Of a DNA stretch of 64,000 bases, positions 56,001-64,000 are shown piece by piece. This stretch comes from Haplodiscus bocki (Eukaryota): NCBI GenBank assembly GCA_965655095.1, contig OZ296656.1:9548001-9612000 (forward strand), given 5' to 3'. A program made the translations under genes and the position numbers. Numbering within the stretch: position 1 is the stretch's first letter; each line of letters opens with the position of its first letter. The notes under the pieces are model-generated. The model saw nothing but the letters and a program-made list of their open reading frames with translations. It ran no database searches and was not told where the DNA came from.

Positions 56001-57200
56001 CTTGCACTTTAAGCCACTCACAATTTCATCCCATGGCAATTTCACCCCAATGAAACCTCAAACTCCTAAAAATATATCCCATGAAACTTCAATACTTGCA
56101 CATCATTTTCAATATCATTTCAACCAATGACAATTTCACCTCAATAAAGTTTCAATGGCTCAAAATTTCTTCCCAAAAAACTTCAACCCCTTGCACTTTA
56201 ACCCCGCCAATGTTTCAGACAATGACAATTTTGTCCCCTTTACAATTGCAACCCCTTACAATTTCATGTCATACAACTTCAAACCCTTGTACTCTAAACT
56301 CAAAACAGGTTCATTCCATGACAGCTGCAACCGATTGAACTTCGCGTTATAAACCCACCACAATATCAGACCCTGACAATATTACCCATTACAATTGCAA
56401 CCCATTACAAATACATCTCATAAAACTGAAACCGTTGCACCTTAAACCCATCACATTGTAATCCCATAGCAACTTCACCCCCTTATAACGTCAACTCGTT
56501 AAAAGTTCTTACCCTAAAACTTTATACCCTTGCATTTTAAACCCATCAGATTTTCTTTCCATAGCAGTTTCAACCCAATAAAACTTCAATACTTTAAATT
56601 TTCCACTTCATATTCTACATCATTTCATCCTACAACAAGTTCACCCAAATAAAAACAGTCCCTCAAAAATTCATCCAATACAACTTCAACCCCTTGCTAT
56701 TTAAACCCGCCACAGTTTCAGACATTGACAATTTTGTCCCCATTACAATTGCAACCCCTTACAATTTCAAGTCATACAAATTCACACCCTTGCATTCTGA
56801 TCCCAAAACAGGTTCTTCCCATGACAGTTTCAACCCATTAATTTTTCAACCACTGAAATTTCCGAACCATACAACTTCAACCCTTTGCGTTATAAACCTA
56901 CCACAAATTCAGACCCTGAGAATGTTACCCCATTACAATTGCAACCCCTTACAATTACATCTCATACAACTGAAACCGTTGCACCTTAAGCCCATCACAT
57001 TGTAATCCCATGGCAACTTCACCCCCTTATAACGTCAACCCCTCAAAAGTTCTTACCCTAAAACATCAAACCTTTGCATTTTATTTTAAACCCATCACAT
57101 TTTCTTTCCGTAGCAGTTTCAACCCAATGAAACCTCAATCAATTAAATTTCGCACTTCATATTCTACATCATTTCATCCTACGACAAATTCACCCAATTA
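41020..57200. repeat. Modular HOR domain built from blocks Y (788 bp), Z (543-551 bp) and X (1744-1749 bp)
   Basis: Block boundaries fall at the ATCACATTKTMATCCCATRGCAA landmark: 41020 Y, 41808 Z', 42358 X, 44107 Y/Z hybrid, 44650 Z'/Z hybrid, 45201 Z', 45752 X, 47496 (YZ)x4, 52823 Z', 53374 Z', 53925 X, 55674 YZ, 57006 Z' head. These match the ORF offsets 551, 1332, 3394 and 8173-8178. Confidence 0.88.
47496..52822. repeat. 1332-bp HOR (~14 monomer lengths) x4, near-identical; fifth copy at 55674-57005
   Basis: ORF series 47634/48966/50298/51630, 47903/49235/50567/51899 and 48516/49848/51180/52511. Confidence 0.95.
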
Positions 57201-59099
57201 AAAACAATACTCCTCACAAAGTCATCCCATACAACGTCAAGCCCTTGCAGTATAAACCCACGCGAATTTTGGACCGTGACCTTTTACCACATTACAAATG
57301 CAATCCCTTGCGATTTCATTTCAAACAATCTCAAACCCTTGCACCTTAAACCCAACACAGTTTCATCCCATTACATTTTCACAACATTTAAATTTCAATC
57401 CTTTACAGTTTCATCCCATACAAATTCAACCCGGCGAACTTCAAACCCATCACAATTTCTTTCCATGACATTTTCACCCCAATAAAAACTCAATGCCTCA
57501 CAATTTCATTCCAAAAAACTTCAACCCCTTGCACATTAAACCCACCACAATTTGAGACCCTGGCGATTTTACCCCATTACAATTGCAACCCTATACAATT
57601 TCATGTGCATACAACTTCAAACCTTTGCACTTTAAGCCCATCACGTGTTCATTCCATGACAGTTTCACCCATTAAACTTTCAATCAGTTAAAGTTTCAAC
57701 CCATAAAACTTCAACCCTTTGCGTTATAAACCCACCACAAGTTCAGACCCTGACAATATTAGCCCATTACAATTGCAAGCCCTTACAATTACATCTCACA
57801 CAACTGGAACCGTTGCACCTTAAACCCATCGCATTGTAATCCCATTGCAACTTCAACCCCTTAAATAGTCAACCCCTTAAAGTTTCTTACCCTAAAATTT
57901 CATACCTTTGCATTTTAAACTCAACACAATTTCATTCCATAGCAATTTCAACACAATAACATCCCAATCTTTTGAAACTTGCACTTCATAATCTACATAG
58001 TTTCATCCTACGACAGTTTCACCCAATAAAAAACTCCGTCCCTCTCAACTTCATCCAATACAACTTCAAGCCCTTGGGCTTCAAACCCACCTCAATTTCA
58101 GACCCTGACAATTTTAGGCTTATACAAAGGCAACCCCTTACATTTTTATCTCATACAACTTTAAATCCTTGCATTTTAAACCAATCACATTTTCATCCCA
58201 TGGCAATATCACCCCCATGAAAACTTCAACCTGCAAAAAATAAATCCCATGAAATTTCAATATTTGCATATCATATTCAATATCATTTCATGCCATGACA
58301 ATTTCAACCCAATAAAAAATTGCCCCTTACACAATCATCCCACACAACGTCAAGCCTTGCACTATAAACCCACCACAATTTTGGACCGTCACAATTTTAC
58401 CACATTAAAAATGCAACACCTTACAATTTCATTTCATATAAATTCAAACCCTTGCACCTTAAACCCATCACAGTTTCAACCCATGACAACTTCACAACAT
58501 TTAAGTTTCAGTACTTTACAGTCTCATCCCATACAATTTCAACCCGGTGCACTTCAAACCCATCACAATTTCATCTCATGACATTTCCACCCCAAAAAAA
58601 CTCAAGGCCTCACAATTTCATTCTCAAGAAAACTTCAACATTTGCACTTCATTTCCAACACCAATTCCCCCCTTGACACTTTCAACCCGTTTAAAACCTA
58701 TTCCCTCACAATATTGTCCCTTACAACTTCAACCCCATGCAATTTAAACCTGCCACCACTTCAGACCCTGGTAAAGTTTACCCCATTACAAGCGCAACAC
58801 ATTAAAATTCTTCTCATACAAATTCAAACACTTGCACCTTAAAGCCATCACAGTTTCATCCATGACATTCTCACCCCATAACAGTTTCAACCCCTTACAG
58901 TTTCGTCCCACACAATTTCAACCCGGCACACTTTACACCCATCACAGTTCCATCTCATGTCAATCTCACCCAATTAAAAACTCAATCCCTCACACTTTCA
59001 TTCCAGAAAACTTCAACCCCTTGCACCACAAATTCAGACCCTGGAATTTTAACCCCATTACAATTGCAACCCCTTATGAAGAAAACTCATAGAACTTAA

Positions 59100-62000
59100 A
59101 CCTCTTTCACTTTAAACACATCACAAATTCATCCCATGTTAATTTCACCCCAAGAAATCTTCTACCCCTTAAAATTACATCCCATAAAACATCAACCTCT
59201 GCACTTGACATTCAACACCAGTTCACCCCTTGACATTTGAACTCCATTTAAAACTCAATCCCTCACAATTTCATTCCATACAATTTCAACACCTTGCAAT
59301 TTAAACCCGTCAAATTTTCAAACCCTGACAATTTTACGTCTCTACAATTACACTCCCTTACAGTTTCATCTCATACATTTCTAACACTCGCAATATAAAC
59401 CCTTCAAGTTTTCATCCCATCACAATTTCAACCCATCAAAAAATTTCAACCCCTTACAGTTTCATCCGATACAATTTCAAAACTTCGTTCTTCTAACCCA
59501 CCACAATTTCACACCAATAAAAACTCAACTCCTTACAAGTTCATCACTTACAATTTTAACCCTTGCATTTTACACCCATCACAATTTCATCAGATGACAT
59601 TTTTACCCCATTAAAAAGCTGATACCCTTACAGTTTCTTCCAATCCAATTTCAACCGTTCGCACTTTAAAACCATCACACTTTAAACCCAAGGAAATTTT
59701 ACCCAAATACAATATAACCCCTGACAAAATCATCCCATACAATTTCCAGCCCTTGAACTTCAAAATCATCCAATACAATTTCCAGCCCTTGAACTTTACA
59801 CCAATCACAATTTCAGATCAAGACAATTTCACCATTTTAAAATTTCATCCCTTTACATTTTCATCCCATACATCTTCCATCCTTGCACTATACACCCATC
59901 ACAGTTTCTTCCCATGGCATTTTCACCACAATAAAACCTCAACCCCTTAAAAGTACATCCCTTAAAAGTTCAATACTTGCACTTCGTATTCAATATCTTT
60001 TTATCCCATGACAACTTTACCCAATTAAAAGCTCAATCCCTCACAAATTCATCCCATACAACATATACCCCTTGCACTTTAAAACCACCATAAATTCGGA
60101 CCCGGAAAATTTTACCCCATTACAATTGCAACCCCTACAACTTCATCTCATACAACTTCAAACCTTTGCACTCTAAGCCCATCACATTGTAATCCCATGG
60201 CAATTTCACCCCATTATATCGTCACCCCCCTAAAATTTCATGCCTTAAACTTTCAACCCATTGCACTTTAAACATCTACAACTTCATTTCAAGCCAACTT
60301 CAACCCAATAAAACCTCAACCCCTTAAAAATACATCCCAAAAAAATCAACCCCTGCACTATATATTCAATACCATTCCATCCATGACAATGCCATTCCAT
60401 CAAATACTCAATACCTTACAATTTCACCTCATACAACTTCGAGCGCTTGCTTTTTCAGCCAATCACACTTTCATCCCATGGGAATTTCATTGTGTTGAAA
60501 TTTCTATCCAGCACAATAACATCCCATACAACTTCAAATTCTGGCACTTACACCTACCACATTTTCAGACCCTAACAATTTGATCCCATTACAACTGCAA
60601 CACTTTGAATGTTCATCTCAAACAACTTCAAACCTTTGCAGTTTAAAGCCATCAGATTTTCATTCCATGGCAATTCCAATCCATTGTAACGTCATCCCGT
60701 CAAAATTTCATCCCTTGAAAATTCAACCCATAGAACTTTAAATCCATCACTTCTTCATTCGATGGCAATTTCACTCCACTAAATGCTCAACCACTCAAAA
60801 AAACATCCCATAAAACTTAAAATCTTATACTTCATTTTAAACACCACTTCATCGCATGACAATTCCACACCTTTTGAATTTGAACTTGATACATATTCAT
60901 CCCATACAAATTCAACCCATCACAGTTTCATCCCGTGACAGTTTCACCCCATTAAAAATCCAATCCCTTACAAATTCACCTCATACAACTTCAAACACTT
61001 GCACTTCAAATCCATCACACTTGAATCCCAAGATAAGTTCACCCAATAAATGTTCAAACCCTTACATTTTCATCCCACAAAACTTCGACCCCTCGCATTC
61101 CAAACCCAACACAATTTCGTAATATGATAATTCCACCCCATTAAAAACTCATCCGCTAACAGTTTCATCGCATACAAATTCAAGCCCTCGAACATTAAAC
61201 ACACCACAATTTCAGACCCTGGCAAATTTACCCCAATACAATTGCAACACCTTAAAATTTCTTCTCATAAAACTTCAAATCCTTGAAACTTATACCCATC
61301 ACAGGTTCATCCCATGACAGTTTCAACCCATTAACAAGTCAACCGTTGCAATTCATATTCAACACCATTTCAACCCATTACGGTTCCACCAAAATAAAAA
61401 CTCTATCCCTCGCAATCTCATCCGATACCATTTCGATCCCTTGCACTTTAAACCCTTCACAATTTCATACCATGACAATTTAACCCCAACAAATTTTTAA
61501 CCAATTACATTTTGAGTCCTTACAACTTCAACATTTTGCATTAAAATTTGATCCCTTACTTCTCCATCCCATACAAATACCAGCCCCTGCACCTTAAATC
61601 CATCACAACTTCACATATTAATATTTTCACCCTTTTAAATTTTCAAACCTTCACAAATTCATCCCATAAAAAGTCAACCTTTGCAGTTGAAACCCATCGA
61701 TTTTTCTGCGCATGACAAGTTCACACCTTCAAAACTTCACCACTTTAAAAATTCATCCCATCCAATTTTAACACCTTGCATTTTCAGCATCACGTTTTCA
61801 GCCACTGACTATTTAACCACATTACCAGTTCAACAGTTTTCAGTTTCTTCCCAAACAAATTCAAGCCCTTGCAATTTAAAACCATCACTTTTCATCCCAC
61901 GACAATTTCTCCCCATTAAAAATTTCGAGCCATTTCAAATTCATTCCATACAACTTCAACCCCTCGCACTTTAAACATATTTCATTTTCAGACCCTGAAC

Positions 62001-63011
62001 AATTCACTCCACTAGAACATCAACTCCGTAAAAAGGCATTCCTTTGCAGTTAAATCCACCAAATATTCTGACGCTGACACTCTTACCCCAATAAAAATGC
62101 AACACTTTACAATGTCATCCCATACAACTTCAACCCGTTGCAATTTGAACCCCTCACTGTTTGAGCCCATGACAATTTCAACCCATCGACATTTCAACCA
62201 CTACAATTTCATCCCATACAGTTTGCAGTTTTTGCACTTAACACCCATCACAATTTCATATCAAAACGATTTCTCATCTTACAATATTAAACCTTTCACA
62301 ATTTCATCCAATACAACTTCAACGGTTGGTCTTATAAACATAACACATATTCAACCCATGACAATTTCATCCCATATAAACTTCAATCCCTTAATATTTA
62401 TCACATACAATTTCAACACGTTGCATTTTACACCCTTCAAACCCCCATCTCATTGAAGATACAACCCACTAAAAATCAACCCCTACTGTTTTCATCCCAT
62501 ACAATTTCAACTCTTTGCACTTTACACCCATCATAATTTCATCCCATGAAAAATTCACACCAATACCTTTTTAGGCCTTTACAATTTTATCCCATACGAA
62601 CTCAACCACTTGCATTTTATACCCAATACACGTTCACTTTATGATAATTTCATTCTATTCGAATTTCAACCCCGTACATTTTCTTCCCATACAATTTCCA
62701 CACCTTGCACTTTACACCCATTACAATTTCATCTCATGATATTTTCATCCCCCTAAAAGTTTAACCAACTAACAGTTCCATCCTATACAGTTTCAACCCC
62801 TTACACTTTATACATATCACATTTTCATCCCATGACAATTTCAACGAACTACTAATGAAACCTCTCACCATTTGATCTCTTAACAGTTGAGTCCATGCAC
62901 TTCACACCAATCGAAACTTCATCCCATGTCAATTTAAGACCTTTAAAACTTCAACTCTTCTTACCTTCATCCCATACAATATCAACCCTTTGCACTTTTA
63001 ATCCTTCTTAA
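59100..63011. repeat. Diverged monomeric satellite zone, no HOR recognised
   Basis: 95-bp phasing is retained, but neighbouring monomers differ strongly and no ORF translation is duplicated here. Confidence 0.7.
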
Positions 63012-64000
63012 TTTCATCCCATGACAATTTCAAACCATCAAATCTTCAAACTCCTACAGTTTATTCTCATAAAACTTAAACTTTTTGCTCTTTACACACT
63101 TCCCAAATTCAACGCAAGTCAATTTCATTCCATTAAAATTTTAACCCCTGAAGATTTCGTCTCATACAACTTCAACACTTTGCACTTTACACCCATCACA
63201 TTTTCATCCCATGACAATTTCCTTCCCTTAAAACTTCAGCCGCTTACTTTTTCATCCCAAACACTTTCAGCACCTTGCTTTTTAAACCCATCACAGTTTC
63301 GTCCAATGACAATTTCACCCAATACAATATCGACCCCCTTACATTTTCATCACATACTTGTTCAACAACTTGCACTTTACACCCTTCGAATTTCCATCTC
63401 ATGGCATTTTACCCCACTAAAATTTCAAGTTATAACAATTTCATCCAAAACAACTTCAACCACTTGAACTTTACACGCATCATAATTTCATCCAATGGCA
63501 ATATCACCCCAATATGTTTTTATACCCTCACAATTTTGTCCCATACGGCTTCCACCACTGGCACTCTAAACCCATCACAACTTCTTCCAATAAAAATATC
63601 AACCCTTTACATTATCATCCCATACATTTTCAACCCTTTGCTCTATAAACGCTTCACAAATTCATCCCATGGCAATTTCTTCCCAATAAGATTTTAACCC
63701 CTGACGTCTTCATCCCAAACAACTTCAACAAATTGCACCATACACCCATCACATTTTCATCAACTGACAGTTTCAACACATTAAAACTTCAAGCCTTACA
63801 ATTGATCCCTTATAACTTAAGTCCTCTCACTTCACAACAAACACATTTTCATCCCATGACAATTTCAAACCATCAAATCTTCAAACTCCTACAGTTTATT
63901 CTCATAAAACTTAAACTTTTTGCTCTTTACACACTTCCCAAATTCAACGCAAGTCAATTTCATTCCATTAAAATTTTAACCCCTGAAGATTTCGTCTCAT
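63012..64000. repeat. Start of an 835-bp duplication or HOR, truncated by the window edge
   Basis: 63847-64000 matches 63012-63165 (ATGACAATTTCAAACCATCAAATC at 63021 and 63856). Confidence 0.88.

Larger units (their letters stand above)
1..64000. repeat. Tandem satellite DNA array, 95-bp monomer made of six 15-16-bp subunits, single orientation, extends beyond both window ends
   Basis: The CCCATGAC landmark recurs at ~95-bp spacing: CATG at 1162 and 1257; ATG at 62546, 62641, 62736, 62832, 62926 and 63021 (475 bp = 5x95). TTTCA/CCC motifs recur every 15-16 bp throughout. No non-satellite segment or G-rich inversion was seen. Confidence 0.97.

Noticed and set aside
1-64000. CRISPR array, or a repeat-spacer or antigenic-variation cassette system
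   Set aside because: There are no unique spacers, since the sequence between conserved motifs is itself homologous repeat. No cas, recombinase or reverse transcriptase genes are present in the window.
1-64000. Canonical telomere repeat (CCCTAA, CCCTAAA, CCCCAA, CCTAA)
   Set aside because: Only isolated matches occur inside 16-bp subunits and there are no tandem runs. A non-canonical telomere-like role is kept only as a hypothesis.
1-64000. Bisulfite-conversion or RIP artefact explaining the lack of G
   Set aside because: Residual Gs are mostly non-CpG (ATG, TGC) and sit at fixed monomer positions. RIP would deplete both C and G, whereas C is abundant here.
1-64000. Mitochondrial DNA or NUMT (G-poor, C/A-rich strand)
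   Set aside because: No tRNA, rRNA or OXPHOS reading frames were seen, and the sequence is purely periodic.
1-64000. Transposon, MITE or LTR insertion, inversion, or structured RNA gene
   Set aside because: No break in periodicity or G-rich block was seen. The G-poor strand cannot form long inverted repeats or stable stems. A very short insertion could have been missed by eye.

Overview
The whole 64 kb window is one uninterrupted, head-to-tail tandem satellite array that runs off both edges. I found no credible genes, RNA genes, transposons or CRISPR arrays. The satellite is hierarchical. A ~16-bp subunit (ACAATTTCA-x-CCC-xx-like) builds a 95-bp monomer of six subunits (16+16+16+15+16+16). 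My by-eye consensus is ACAATTTCATCCCATG ACAATTTCACCCCATT AAAATTTCAACCCCTT ACAATTTCATCCCAT ACAACTTCAACCCCTT GCACTTTAAACCCATC, and the window holds about 670 monomer lengths. Monomers form 190-bp dimers and ~380-bp tetramers. They also form position-specific higher-order repeats (HORs): 1418 bp (1-7 kb), 1288/1748 bp (7.7-11.5 kb), an apparently identical 4099-bp duplication (12.8-21.0 kb), a decayed ~1.1-kb HOR (20.6-26.3 kb), a ~5.5-kb duplication (28.1-39.1 kb), a modular 788/544-551/1749-bp block system containing a 1332-bp HOR (41.0-57.2 kb), and an 835-bp unit starting at the right edge. The + strand is extremely G-poor (2 G in the 95-bp consensus), so the - strand carries a G3-4 run about every 16 bp. 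Unequal-crossover hybrids and conversion-like tracts can be mapped to within tens of bases. The sequence is most likely eukaryotic heterochromatin (centromeric, subtelomeric or telomere-like). Organism and function cannot be determined from the sequence alone. All alignments were done by eye and from offsets between repeated ORF translations.
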